NCBI GenBank assembly: GCA_031409275.1
Contig: JANNXA010000033.1
Location: 96,001-160,000 of the forward strand
DNA: 64,000 bases
DNA from: Planctomycetota bacterium
Lineage (GTDB): Bacteria; Planctomycetota; B15-G4; SIAN01
Reading direction: 5' to 3'
Shown here: in pieces, positions 10,002 through 20,004 of the stretch
How the letters are laid out: the number at the start of each line of letters is the position of its first letter
How positions within the stretch are numbered: the first letter of the stretch is position 1
The notes under the pieces: model-generated
Databases searched by the model: none
What the model was told of the DNA's origin: nothing
Seen by the model: the letters and a program-made list of their open reading frames with translations, nothing else
Translations under genes and position numbers: made by a program

Positions 10002-10997
10002 ATGAACGTGCGGAAACTCCAAGTGGCGCTGATCGCGTCGCTACTGACGTCGGCGTGCATCACGGTGGCGCCGCCGCCCGAGGATGAAGGGCTGCCGAGC
10101 GCGCCGGCCTACGACGCGCTGCCGGCGAACGCGGCCACCGGTTCGCAAGGAGAGCCCTTCGTCGGACTCGAACTCGCCGAGGCGACCAGCGGCGGCCTTG
10201 ACGCCCTCGAGTTCCTCGCCGGTTTGCGTGTGGCGAACGTCGCGCCCGGCTCGCCCGCCGAAGCGGCGGGGCTGCGAGCGGGCGATCGCGTGCTGAGCGT
10301 CGATGGCATGAAGCTCGAGCGGCTCGACCAGTGGAGCGCGTTGCTGGCCAGCGTGGCTCCCGGTCGCACGTGGCGGATCGAGGCGGAGCGCGACGGCAAC
10401 GTCCGCGCGGCGACGCTCGAAGTCCGGCAGCGCTCGACGCCCGAGTTGCGGGCCACCGATCGCTTCGTCGAGCGGCGCCGGCTGCGTTGCACGGCGTCGA
10501 CCGTCGCGCTCGGCGCGGCGGCCAGCGGCACCGGCGCCGCGCGGACCGGCGCGCGGCTCGACGAGCTCGCCGACGACAGTCCGCTGCACGACGCCGGGAT
10601 CGAGCCGGGCGACACGCTGCTCGCGCTCGACGGCAAGGCGCTGACCGGGGCTGCCGACCTCTTCACGCGGGTCGCGGCGATGGCGCCGGGCAGCGAGGTC
10701 GAGCTCGTGGTCCAGTCGCGCGATGGCGGCGAGCGCCAGGTCGACCTCGATCTCTACGAGCCCGAGCGCCACCTGACCGCACTGCGGTTGTGGCCGCTGC
10801 TCGCCTGGAGCAAGACGCCGGATGAGCGCCGCAGCGAAGTGGTCGTGATCGACCTCTGGCTGATCTGGCTCTACAAACGGACCCACGATGGTCCCACCAC
10901 GCAGACCAGCGTGCTGCGTTTCATCTCGTGGGAGAGCGGGGTCGGGGCGTTGACCGAGGATGGCACCGACGCCGGCGCGGCGGGGGGCGGTCGATGA
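10002..10997 (+). CDS. Lipoprotein with two PDZ domains
   Basis: Lipobox LTSAC. PDZ motifs VAPGSPAEAAGLRAGDRVLSVDG and DSPLHDAGIEPGDTLLALDG. Confidence 0.8.
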   Translation: MNVRKLQVALIASLLTSACITVAPPPEDEGLPSAPAYDALPANAATGSQGEPFVGLELAEATSGGLDALEFLAGLRVANVAPGSPAEAAGLRAGDRVLSVDGMKLERLDQWSALLASVAPGRTWRIEAERDGNVRAATLEVRQRSTPELRATDRFVERRRLRCTASTVALGAAASGTGAARTGARLDELADDSPLHDAGIEPGDTLLALDGKALTGAADLFTRVAAMAPGSEVELVVQSRDGGERQVDLDLYEPERHLTALRLWPLLAWSKTPDERRSEVVVIDLWLIWLYKRTHDGPTTQTSVLRFISWESGVGALTEDGTDAGAAGGGR

Positions 10998-12520
10998 TGC
11001 TGGTGGCGCCGCCGATGGAGACGCCGACCTTCGTCGAGTCGCGCATCGACGTCGGCAGCGAGCGCTTCGAGTACCAGATGATCGACGTCGACGGCGATGC
11101 GCGCGTCGACCTGCTGGTGACGGTGGCGCTGGGCGGCGAGCGCAAGCTGCGCCTGTGGCGTCAACGCGCCGATGCGACGTTCCCTGCGACTCCCGATTGG
11201 CAGATCGCCGCGCCGCCCGATGTGGTCGCCTACTCGCTGCTCGAACTGCGGGACGAGCCGGGGCGCGAGCTGCTGCTGATGACGCGATCGGCGATCTACT
11301 CGCTTTCGACGACCAAGGAGGGGCTGCAGGGCAACGTCCGCCGCGAGCTCGACTTCTCCTTCTTCCCCGACCTGCCCGATCCCGATCGCCTTCCATGCTG
11401 GCGCCTCGTGATGGACCTCGACGGCGACGGCCGCGAGGAGTTGCTGGCGATGGTGGCGGGGGTGGGTCTGGGCACCCTGTTCGTCACCGGCCAGGGCAGC
11501 GAGCGTCGTCTCGAGCAGGGCGTCCTCCTCGGCTGCTACGAAGAGCCGATCCGCGCCGCGCGCGGGTCGTTCCGCTTCGGCTCCGGCGGCGTCGAGACGC
11601 AGCAAGGCGATCTTGGCACCAACCCCTCCCTCTTCCCCGGCGCGCGCAGTTCGAAGCCGGCGCTGGCGGGGGAGTTTTTGCTGGAACGACGGCGCCGATT
11701 CCAGCTGCCGCAGTTGCTCGACTTCGACGGCAACGGCACGGTCGAGCGCATCGACCTGCAGAGCGGTCAGTGGCACGTGGCGCCGGCGCTCTACATGGGC
11801 GAAGGCAAGTCGGACGCGGTGACGATCGAGCTGCCGGCGGCCGCGCGCGACGCCGACGAGCGCCTGTGGCTCGACGTCGATGGCGACGGGAAACGGGAGC
11901 TGGTCGCGTTCGAGACGAACGGCGACGACAAGCTCGCCATGACCTTCACGGCGACCCTCGATCCGGCGCATTCGCTGGCCGCGGTCATCGCGGAGACGCC
12001 GAGCGCGCGCGTGAAGCTCGCCGGGATGAGCGTCGACTTCGCGCTGGTCGATGTCGATCACGACGGCCGCCAGGACCTCACCGCGCGGGTGTTCGACATT
12101 CCGACCGGCCTCTCCACGCTGGCGACGGTGCGCCTCGACTCGGCGTTCCACGTCTTTCGCGGCGGAGCGGGCGCGACCTGGTCGAAGTCGCCCGACTTCT
12201 CCTTCGCGCGCACCTTCAAGCCCGAGCAGCTGGCGCGCGTGCAGGAGTCGCTCCTGCTCGACCTGCGCGGTGATTTCGATGCGGATGGCACGAACGACCT
12301 GGTGACGACTCAACTGGATGGCCGCGTCGAGATCCGCGCGGTGAAGAAGGAAGGGGAGAAGCTGGTGCTGGTGGAGCCGCCCTTCGCCTCGTTCCAGCCG
12401 CAAGCGCAGGTGACGCGGATCGAGACGTGGGACCTCAGCATGGATGGCGTCGCCGATCTCGTGCTGCGCCATGACCACGCGTTCACGATGTTCGTCTCGC
12501 GCGGCGGAGCCAAGCGATGA
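10994..12520 (+). CDS. FG-GAP/VCBS repeat protein
   Basis: Repeated D-x-D-G-D-G-x-x-D/E-L Ca-binding motifs. ATGA coupling on both sides. Confidence 0.8.
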   Translation: MMLVAPPMETPTFVESRIDVGSERFEYQMIDVDGDARVDLLVTVALGGERKLRLWRQRADATFPATPDWQIAAPPDVVAYSLLELRDEPGRELLLMTRSAIYSLSTTKEGLQGNVRRELDFSFFPDLPDPDRLPCWRLVMDLDGDGREELLAMVAGVGLGTLFVTGQGSERRLEQGVLLGCYEEPIRAARGSFRFGSGGVETQQGDLGTNPSLFPGARSSKPALAGEFLLERRRRFQLPQLLDFDGNGTVERIDLQSGQWHVAPALYMGEGKSDAVTIELPAAARDADERLWLDVDGDGKRELVAFETNGDDKLAMTFTATLDPAHSLAAVIAETPSARVKLAGMSVDFALVDVDHDGRQDLTARVFDIPTGLSTLATVRLDSAFHVFRGGAGATWSKSPDFSFARTFKPEQLARVQESLLLDLRGDFDADGTNDLVTTQLDGRVEIRAVKKEGEKLVLVEPPFASFQPQAQVTRIETWDLSMDGVADLVLRHDHAFTMFVSRGGAKR

Positions 12521-14178
12521 GCGTGCTGCTGCTGGCGACGCTCCTGGCGCAGGCGCCTGCGACACTGGCACGCGGCGAGCCCGGCGTGCCGGTCGCGATC
12601 CAACGCGACACCGAGGGTCTCGCGCTCCTCGACTGGGATGGCGATGGCCGCCAGGAACTCCTGGTCGCGCGGTCGTACGAACTGGTCGTGGCGACGCTCG
12701 CGCGCGACGGCAAGTTGACGCCGATCCACACGATCGACCGCGGCCCTTCGCGCACGATCGCGTGGTGCATCGATGGCTCGACCCGTCCGGCGACGCTGCT
12801 CACGTTGCGCGAGGATGGTCGTCTGGAACGCCATCGCAAGGATGCGGCGGCGCAGGAGGCGGCGCGGGTCCCTGGCCTCGCGTTGCCCGGCGGCGTCTAC
12901 GCCTTCCCGTTCGCACGCGATCTCGACGGCGACGGCGACGTCGACTTCGCGCTGCCCGCCACCAACGGTCTCGAGCTGTGGTTCGTCGGCGCGGACGGCC
13001 TGGCGAAGCGTGGTCCGACGGTGCGCCATCGCGTCGACCAGTCGATGACGCTGGCGTCCCCCGAAGACGACTCGCCGTCGGTGGCGGCATCGATCGTGAT
13101 CCCCGCGTTCACCGTCGAGGATCAGAACGGCGATCGACGTCCCGACCTCGTCTTTCAGTCGAACGACCGTCTGCAGTTCTTCTGGAGCAAGCCCGACGGC
13201 TCGCTGCCCGAGGCACCGACGCTCGACGTCGACCTCGAGGAGCTGAGGAAAAAGCTCGATTCGGGCCCGCGCGGCGTGCTCGATCCGGCCAACCTCTTCA
13301 AGTTTTTCTCTGGCAGCGTCAGCGCCGAGGTGCGCGACCTCGACGGCGATGCTCGCGCCGACCTGCTGCTGCGGCAGGGTTCGAAGGTGTCGCTGTTCGC
13401 GGGCGGCGCGCAAGGGATCGATCGCAGCAAGGCGGCGCAGGTGCTGAAGGTCAGCGGCAACCTGCTGCTCGCCTTCGCGCGCGACGACAACGGCGACGGC
13501 AAGGAAGACCTCTGCCTGCTGCAGGTGGCCGATGTGTCGATCGGCCAGGTCCTGCTGTGGGTCATCGTCGGCGGCAACCTCGAGTTCGACCTCTTCACCT
13601 ACTTCCAGGAAGCGACGCTGCGCTTCAGCAAGAGCCCGTCGCGCCGCCGCCGCCTCGTGGTCGAGCTGCCGGCGCTGCTTGGCCTGCAAGAGGAGCTGCA
13701 AGACAGCCCGGTGGTGAAGCGGCTGGCGGGCGAGTTCCTGCGCGTGCCGATCGGGCTCGACCTCGACGGCGATGGAGTGCGCGGAGACGTGGCCGATCTG
13801 CAGCGCGATGGCGTCATCGCGCTGCATCGCGGGAAGACCGCGCTTGCCGCCGCGACCGATCCGAGCCTTGCGCTGCTGCGGCGCGAGCTGATCGCCCGCT
13901 TCGATCGCGTTGGCGATGGCAAGGAGGTCGTGAAGATCGAGCTGATGGAGCTGGTCGATTGGGTGCCGACGCCCGGCTCGGCGCTGCGCGCCGCCATCGC
14001 GGGCAAGACGCCGACGAGGCTCCTCGGCCTGCTCGACTCGAGCGCCTTCTCTCTCAGCGGTCGCACGCCGCAGACCGATCGCCTGCTGGTCGCAGCGGAC
14101 CTCGACGGCGACAAGAAGGACGACCTGCTCCTGCTCGATCGCGACCCGCTGACACTGGAAGTGTTCTGGGGGGAGTGA
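12517..14178 (+). CDS. FG-GAP/VCBS repeat protein
   Basis: Signal peptide and repeats DWDGDGRQEL, DLDGDGDVDF, DQNGDRRPDL, DLDGDKKDDL. Confidence 0.8.
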   Translation: MSVLLLATLLAQAPATLARGEPGVPVAIQRDTEGLALLDWDGDGRQELLVARSYELVVATLARDGKLTPIHTIDRGPSRTIAWCIDGSTRPATLLTLREDGRLERHRKDAAAQEAARVPGLALPGGVYAFPFARDLDGDGDVDFALPATNGLELWFVGADGLAKRGPTVRHRVDQSMTLASPEDDSPSVAASIVIPAFTVEDQNGDRRPDLVFQSNDRLQFFWSKPDGSLPEAPTLDVDLEELRKKLDSGPRGVLDPANLFKFFSGSVSAEVRDLDGDARADLLLRQGSKVSLFAGGAQGIDRSKAAQVLKVSGNLLLAFARDDNGDGKEDLCLLQVADVSIGQVLLWVIVGGNLEFDLFTYFQEATLRFSKSPSRRRRLVVELPALLGLQEELQDSPVVKRLAGEFLRVPIGLDLDGDGVRGDVADLQRDGVIALHRGKTALAAATDPSLALLRRELIARFDRVGDGKEVVKIELMELVDWVPTPGSALRAAIAGKTPTRLLGLLDSSAFSLSGRTPQTDRLLVAADLDGDKKDDLLLLDRDPLTLEVFWGE

Positions 14179-14339
14179 GGGCGACGGATGGCCGATCGGC
14201 CCCGGGAGAGCGACCGCGTCAGCGCGCTCGGCCGGAATTGCGGTGACATCGCAACACGCTCTCGGATGGCAGGGGGAGCGAGCACGGGCGCGACCTTCGT
14301 GTCGCCGCGCCTCGCACCCTCTTCGTCATCGAGATCTTC

Positions 14340-15914
14340 ATGCGTATCGGAAGTAGTGGAAGCGGTCGATCGGCCTGGCTCAGCGCGCTCGCCGGTATCG
14401 CGATCGGACTTACGTCGCCGTCGTCGGCGCGCGGCCAGGCGAAGGAGCAGCACCTCCTGACGCCGGCGACCGGCACGCTCTACCAGGAGTTCGGCTCGAG
14501 CGTCGGAGTCAGCGGCGACGTGATGGTGGTCGGAACGCCGTTCGACAACACGAAGGCCTTCCAGGCGGGGACGACGTTCATCCATCGCTTCGATCCGGTC
14601 ATCGGCGCGTGGGTGCGCGAGCAGCAGCTCTTCGCCAGCGACTTCGAGTACGACGCGCGTTTCGGGACGGCCGTCGCCGTCGACGGCGACAAGGTCGTCG
14701 TGACCGCCAAGGGCAAGAACACCGTGAAGGGGGTCGACGCGGGACAGGCCTACGTCTTCCGCTACGACGCGGTCGCGAAGCGCTGGAACGAGGAGCAGAA
14801 GCTCGTCCCAGGCGGCGGCAAGACCGGCGACTGGTTCGGCTACTCGGTGGCCATCAGCGGCGATGACATCGTGGTCGGCGCGAACTACGCCGATGTCGGC
14901 ACGTTCGTCGATGCGGGCGCGGCCTATGTGTTCCGCTGGCAGGATCCGACCGTGAAGTGGATCGAAGAGGGGCAACTGATCGACTCGAATGCGTGGCACG
15001 GCGATCAGGCCGGCCGCTCGGTCGGCATCGACGGATCGACCGCAGTCGTCGCGTCGACGCTCTCCGATACCGGCGGCTGGCTCGACGCTGGCTCGGTCAG
15101 CGTCTTCACGCGGAACGGCTCGACGTGGAGCGAGACCGCCGAGCTCACGATCACCAACAACTACACCTACAACGACTTCGGCACCGCCGTCGCCATCAGC
15201 GGCGATCGCATCGTCGCGACGGCTCAGGGCGAGAACTACGGCACCACCATCGGAGCGGTCGGCTACTGCTACATCTTCGAACGGACCGGAGGCGCGTGGG
15301 GGCAGACCGCCCGACTCGCGAATCCGAACCTCGCGCCCTTCTCCTACTTCGGGAAGAGCGTCGCGATCCGCGGCGATCTCGTGGTGGTTGGCCATCCCGA
15401 CAACGACACGTCGAGTGCCATCGACTCGGGCGCCGCGTGGCTGTTCCGCTGGGGCAAGAAGACGGGGTGGGTTCCCGATGGCGAACTCATCGCCAGCGAC
15501 GGCGCCGCCGGCGACCGCTTCGGCGCGAGCGTTGCGCTCTCCGACGACACCATCGTCTGCGGCGCGCCGAAGAACGACACGGCGTCCGGCAGCGACTGGG
15601 GGGTGGCGTACGCCTATGCCGCCGCCGACCTCACGTTGACCCTGTCGCCGAGCCACCCGGCACCCGATCAGACCATCGACGGCGTGGTCTTCCGCGGCGC
15701 GCCGGGTGGACTCGTGCTCCTCGCCGTCGAGGAGATTTCCGGCGCGCCGCTCTTCCTCCCGTTGGTGCAGACCGTCTTCGCCGCCGACAACACCTTCACC
15801 TTCTCCGACAGTGCGCCGAACCCAGCGCTCGGCTTCCACGTCGGCGTGCGCGCCTACAAGATCGCGCCGACCGGCAAGCTGGTTGCTTCAGAACTCGCCT
15901 ACGTCGACCTCTGA
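14340..15914 (+). CDS. Secreted FG-GAP (integrin-alpha-like) beta-propeller protein
   Basis: Signal peptide and about 7 repeats of FG.SVAISGD..VVGA....GAAYVF. Confidence 0.88.
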   Translation: MRIGSSGSGRSAWLSALAGIAIGLTSPSSARGQAKEQHLLTPATGTLYQEFGSSVGVSGDVMVVGTPFDNTKAFQAGTTFIHRFDPVIGAWVREQQLFASDFEYDARFGTAVAVDGDKVVVTAKGKNTVKGVDAGQAYVFRYDAVAKRWNEEQKLVPGGGKTGDWFGYSVAISGDDIVVGANYADVGTFVDAGAAYVFRWQDPTVKWIEEGQLIDSNAWHGDQAGRSVGIDGSTAVVASTLSDTGGWLDAGSVSVFTRNGSTWSETAELTITNNYTYNDFGTAVAISGDRIVATAQGENYGTTIGAVGYCYIFERTGGAWGQTARLANPNLAPFSYFGKSVAIRGDLVVVGHPDNDTSSAIDSGAAWLFRWGKKTGWVPDGELIASDGAAGDRFGASVALSDDTIVCGAPKNDTASGSDWGVAYAYAAADLTLTLSPSHPAPDQTIDGVVFRGAPGGLVLLAVEEISGAPLFLPLVQTVFAADNTFTFSDSAPNPALGFHVGVRAYKIAPTGKLVASELAYVDL

Positions 15915-16135
15915 GCGAGCAACGGCGGTCACGGGCGCGCCGACCGCAAAGCGACCCTGCCCTCGTTTCGAAACCGCGACCCCCGTGCCGAGCGTCCCCC
16001 GAGTGTCACGATCGGGGCGGATTGGCAGCGACCCCTCGCGCGCTCCTCAAGAGTGGCTACCTCTTCGTGTTGTCGCACGGCGGCGCGGGTTGCTTCGATG
16101 GCGCCGCTCCGAGCAGACCGCCGAGGGGACTCATC

Positions 16136-18907
16136 GTGAAGCACTTGAGCAAGTCGCGGCTCACCGGCGTTTCGGTGGCGTGGTTGGCTTTGGTCGCGAG
16201 CGCCGCCGCCGCGCCGCAACAGTCGCTCTGGACTGAGTACGGCGACATCCGGCGCGAACGCTTCGGGCAGTCGGTGGCGTGGCTCGACGATCTTGACGGC
16301 GACGGCGTGCGCGACTTCGCGGCGGGCGCGCCGACGTGGGACGCGTGGATCCAACCGGTGCCGCGTCACGGGATCGTGCGCATCTGCTCCGGCGCCGACG
16401 GCTCGCTGTTGCGCGAGCTGCGCGATGACGCGCACCACTCCTTCGGCTGGAAGGTTGCGAACGGCGGCGATCTCGACCGCGATGGACATGACGACGTGCT
16501 GATCGGTGCGCCGTACGACGGCAACGGCTCCGCCTTCGCGTACTCGAGCCAGTCGGGTGCGCGGTTGCTGGCGCTCGGCGACGCCGCGCCCGACGCTCGC
16601 TTGGATCTGTATGGGCTGGCCCTGGTCTCGCTCGGCCTGGTCGATGGCGATGACGTGCCGGACTTCGTGGTCGGCGTGCCAGGGGAGTTCGTGAATGGCC
16701 TCGCCGTTGGCCGGATCGAGCTGCGCTCGGGAGCCGACGGTGCGTTGCTACGTTCCCTCAATGGAGCAGACCTGTCGCTGTTCGGCAGCGAGCGGCAGCT
16801 CGACGCGGCGGGCGACGTCGATGGAGACGGCGCCGGCGATGTGCTGACCGCCGAGATCTTCTTCGCGCCAGACAACACGCCGAACTGCAACCTCGACGTC
16901 TGGTCAGGCGCCTCGTTCACCAGCCTCTTCCACGCAACGGTCACGTTGCCGCAGCGTCTCCAGTACGACCACGGTCCATGCGCGCGAGCCGTGGGCGATG
17001 TCGATGGTGATGGAACCGGCGACTTCGTCGTGTCGATGGTCGGGGCGTTCAGCACGGTCACCAGTCGTGCGGTCGTCGTCTCCGGTGCGACGGGGGCGGA
17101 GATCCGCGTGCTGACCGGCACCGCGGAATTCGGACAGAGTTGCGGCGGCGTCGGCGATGTCGATGGCGACGGATTGGCCGAGGTTGCGGTCACGCTCGGC
17201 TCGATCGAATACGGCGACGGCGATCTGCGGATCTTCAGAGGGAGCGACGGCTCGGAGCTTCGCACGATCCTCGAAGACAGCTTCCAGAGCCACGCCTTCG
17301 CGACTTCGTTCGATGCCAGCGTCGATGCCGACGGCGATGGCGTTCGCGATCTGCTGGTCGGCTCGCCTCCGTACTACAACCCGAGCAGCAGCCGGTACGG
17401 CGGTCCCGGTCGCGTCCAGCGTCGTTCGTTGCTCGACGGCTCGAAGCTCATCGCGCGTGACGGCGAGCCGACGGCTCTTCACGTGGCCGGTTCGGCGCTG
17501 CTGGTGGGCGATGTTGATGGCGATGGTCGGCTGGACGTGGTCGTGCGCGAAGTGGATGAGCTCGACTTCAACGATCCCGTGGAGCGCTTCTCGTTGCGCT
17601 CGGGAGCCGACGGCCACGAGCTGCAGTTCGCGACGCTGACGACGACCCCGATCGGCAGCTACCGCGGCACGATGCTGGCGATCCCCGATATCGATGGAGA
17701 TGGGCTCGTCGATTTCGCCTGCGCGCAGGTCGGAGGTGGCTGGCAGTTGGAGCTCCGATCGGGCGCGACGCTGCAGCTTCTGCAGTCGCTCGCCTTGTCG
17801 TCGAGCCCGTCACCCATGTTGCTCGTCGCCGCGGTTCAGCCAACGACCGGCGCGGTCGAGATCGGGGTGGGCTTGCCGACCGCCGATCATCCGCTTGGCT
17901 TCGCGGGTGTCGGTCGATTCGCGGTCTACGACGCGGTCAGCGGCGCGCTGCGCTTCGAGGTGTACGGCAAGACCGCGTTCCCCAACGAGGCGTTTGGGAC
18001 CTCGGTCGCCGCTGCCGGCGACGTCAACGGCGATGGCGTCGGCGACTGGGCGGTTGGCGGCCCGGGCAACGGGAAAGCCGCTCCGGGCTGCGGCCGGATG
18101 TCGGTCGTCTCCGGAGTCGACGGCAGCGGGCTCTACAACCTGTACGGAAGCGCTGGCCAAGGGCTGGGCACGCACTTGGCGATGCTCGCCGACTCTTCTG
18201 GCGACGGGTTGCCGGAACTCGCCGTGGTGTCGGTGCTCGGCACGGTGTCGGGGCGTGCCTTGGGCAAGGTCGAACTGATCGACAGCGCGAGCCGCACGGC
18301 CTACGCCACGCTGAACGGAACCGTCGCCGGCGAGTTCTTCCCGTCGTATCTGATCGCGTTCCCCGACCTTGATGGCGACGGGAGCGATGACCTGGCGTTC
18401 GTCGTGAGTGGCGGTGACGCCTTCCAGTTCCGCTCGGGGCGCGACTTGACGCTGATCCACCGCGTCACGAGCAGCCCGACGTACCCGCTCGCTCCGCCCC
18501 CGGTCGGCGTGACCGGCCGCATCCGGCGCGGCGGCGGACCGCTGGCCGTCAGCTGGTCAGAGTTGGACACGACCTTCGGCGAGTACGCCGGTCGCCTCGA
18601 CCTGCTTGAGCTCGATGACCTCTATCTCGAGGTCGAGCCGCGCAGCGCGCCAGCGGGTGCAACTGTCGAAGTCTGGGTGCGGCGCGGTCCGGCCGCAGTG
18701 GCGGCGGCGCTGATGCTCGAATCGATCGACGGCGCGCCGGTCGGCGTCCTGTTGGCGCTCGACGACTTCGATGGGGCGGGCGAGCTCGCGCTCGACGCGG
18801 TGATTCCACCGGGCCTTTCAGGACAGGAGTGGACGCTGCGTGGCTACGCCATCGGATGGAGCGGGAAGCTGGTGATCTCCCAGTCGAGCACCTTCACCTT
18901 CGAGTGA
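16136..18907 (+). CDS. Secreted FG-GAP/integrin-alpha repeat protein
   Basis: GAGGGG RBS before GTG, signal peptide, many GDVDGDG..D..VG repeats. Confidence 0.85.
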   Translation: MKHLSKSRLTGVSVAWLALVASAAAAPQQSLWTEYGDIRRERFGQSVAWLDDLDGDGVRDFAAGAPTWDAWIQPVPRHGIVRICSGADGSLLRELRDDAHHSFGWKVANGGDLDRDGHDDVLIGAPYDGNGSAFAYSSQSGARLLALGDAAPDARLDLYGLALVSLGLVDGDDVPDFVVGVPGEFVNGLAVGRIELRSGADGALLRSLNGADLSLFGSERQLDAAGDVDGDGAGDVLTAEIFFAPDNTPNCNLDVWSGASFTSLFHATVTLPQRLQYDHGPCARAVGDVDGDGTGDFVVSMVGAFSTVTSRAVVVSGATGAEIRVLTGTAEFGQSCGGVGDVDGDGLAEVAVTLGSIEYGDGDLRIFRGSDGSELRTILEDSFQSHAFATSFDASVDADGDGVRDLLVGSPPYYNPSSSRYGGPGRVQRRSLLDGSKLIARDGEPTALHVAGSALLVGDVDGDGRLDVVVREVDELDFNDPVERFSLRSGADGHELQFATLTTTPIGSYRGTMLAIPDIDGDGLVDFACAQVGGGWQLELRSGATLQLLQSLALSSSPSPMLLVAAVQPTTGAVEIGVGLPTADHPLGFAGVGRFAVYDAVSGALRFEVYGKTAFPNEAFGTSVAAAGDVNGDGVGDWAVGGPGNGKAAPGCGRMSVVSGVDGSGLYNLYGSAGQGLGTHLAMLADSSGDGLPELAVVSVLGTVSGRALGKVELIDSASRTAYATLNGTVAGEFFPSYLIAFPDLDGDGSDDLAFVVSGGDAFQFRSGRDLTLIHRVTSSPTYPLAPPPVGVTGRIRRGGGPLAVSWSELDTTFGEYAGRLDLLELDDLYLEVEPRSAPAGATVEVWVRRGPAAVAAALMLESIDGAPVGVLLALDDFDGAGELALDAVIPPGLSGQEWTLRGYAIGWSGKLVISQSSTFTFE

Positions 18908-19200
18908 CCGACCGACGCGCTCGCTTGCGTGGCCCTGGCGCCCCGCGGATTGCGCGCTACATTCCCGCCTCGTGATCGCGCTGCCGCGAGTGGCGCGCGT
19001 TCGCAAGTGGTGTCGCCATCGCGCGACGCCGGTGCCTGTGCGAAGCCTGAATCGTCGCCGCGAGCTCGCCTTCGAGGCGAGCCATCGGAACGCCGCGTTT
19101 GCGGCGAAGGGAGGCGCTTCGAAAGCGCCGCGGCCCTTCCTCCGACGTCCCGGAACCTCCGGGCGTTCCCCGACGCAGCCTTTACAGGACTTCACCTTCA

Positions 19201-19995
19201 ATGAGCTCGAACGTCGCAACTGCTTTGTCCGCGGACATCGTTCCCCACTGGTTTGAGACCTTCTTCCACGACATCGCGCTCGATCTGTGGCGCGCGGCCG
19301 CCTCTCCCGAACAGACACGCGCCGAAGTCGACTTCCTCGAGCGGGCGCTGCAGCTGACCCCGGGCGCGCGCGTGCTCGACGTGGCGTGCGGGCTCGGGCG
19401 CCATTCGATCGAGCTGGCGGCGCGCGGCCACCGGCCTCTTGGCGTCGACGTTTCACATGAAGCGCTCGCGCAAGCGCGCAAGGAGACCGCCGCGCGCGGC
19501 CACGTGGCCGAGTTCGTGCAGGGCGATCTGCGCGCGCTGTCGACCTGCTCCGCCGCGGCCGAGCCGTTCGCCGCCGCCTTCGCGCTCGGCAACAGCTTCG
19601 GCTACGTCGATCGCGTCGGCACGCAGGCGTTCCTGGCCGGCGTTGCGCGCTCGCTCCCACCGGGCGCTCGTTTCGTGATGGACAGCGGCTACGTCGCCGA
19701 AGCGCTGCTGCCTCACCTGCGCGACCGCGAGTGGGTCGCGATCGGCGACCTGCTCTTCCTCGAGGAGAACCGCTACGTCCTCGAGCAGGGGTGCGTCGAG
19801 ACGACCTACACCTTCCTGCGCGGCAGTGAACGAGTGACGCGCAAAGGCTGGCAGTGGGTCTTCACCCTGCGCGAGATCGGCGAGTTGCTGGCCGAGGCGG
19901 GCTTTCAGATCGAGCAGCGGTTGCAGTCGATCCACGGCGAGCCGTTCGCATTCGGGGCGCGCTACCTGCTGATCGTGGCGCGCAAGCGGCCGTGA
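19201..19995 (+). CDS. Class I SAM-dependent methyltransferase
   Basis: Motif I VLDVACGLGRH, plus GVDVS, GDLR, NSFGY, LPPGARF. Confidence 0.9.
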   Translation: MSSNVATALSADIVPHWFETFFHDIALDLWRAAASPEQTRAEVDFLERALQLTPGARVLDVACGLGRHSIELAARGHRPLGVDVSHEALAQARKETAARGHVAEFVQGDLRALSTCSAAAEPFAAAFALGNSFGYVDRVGTQAFLAGVARSLPPGARFVMDSGYVAEALLPHLRDREWVAIGDLLFLEENRYVLEQGCVETTYTFLRGSERVTRKGWQWVFTLREIGELLAEAGFQIEQRLQSIHGEPFAFGARYLLIVARKRP

Positions 19996-20004
19996 ATCAG
20001 CGGG

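Noticed and set aside
14957..16135. Apparent N-terminal extension making a 1316-aa FG-GAP protein
   Set aside because: It is an Arg-rich off-frame read through the preceding gene. The RBS and signal peptide indicate a start at 16136.
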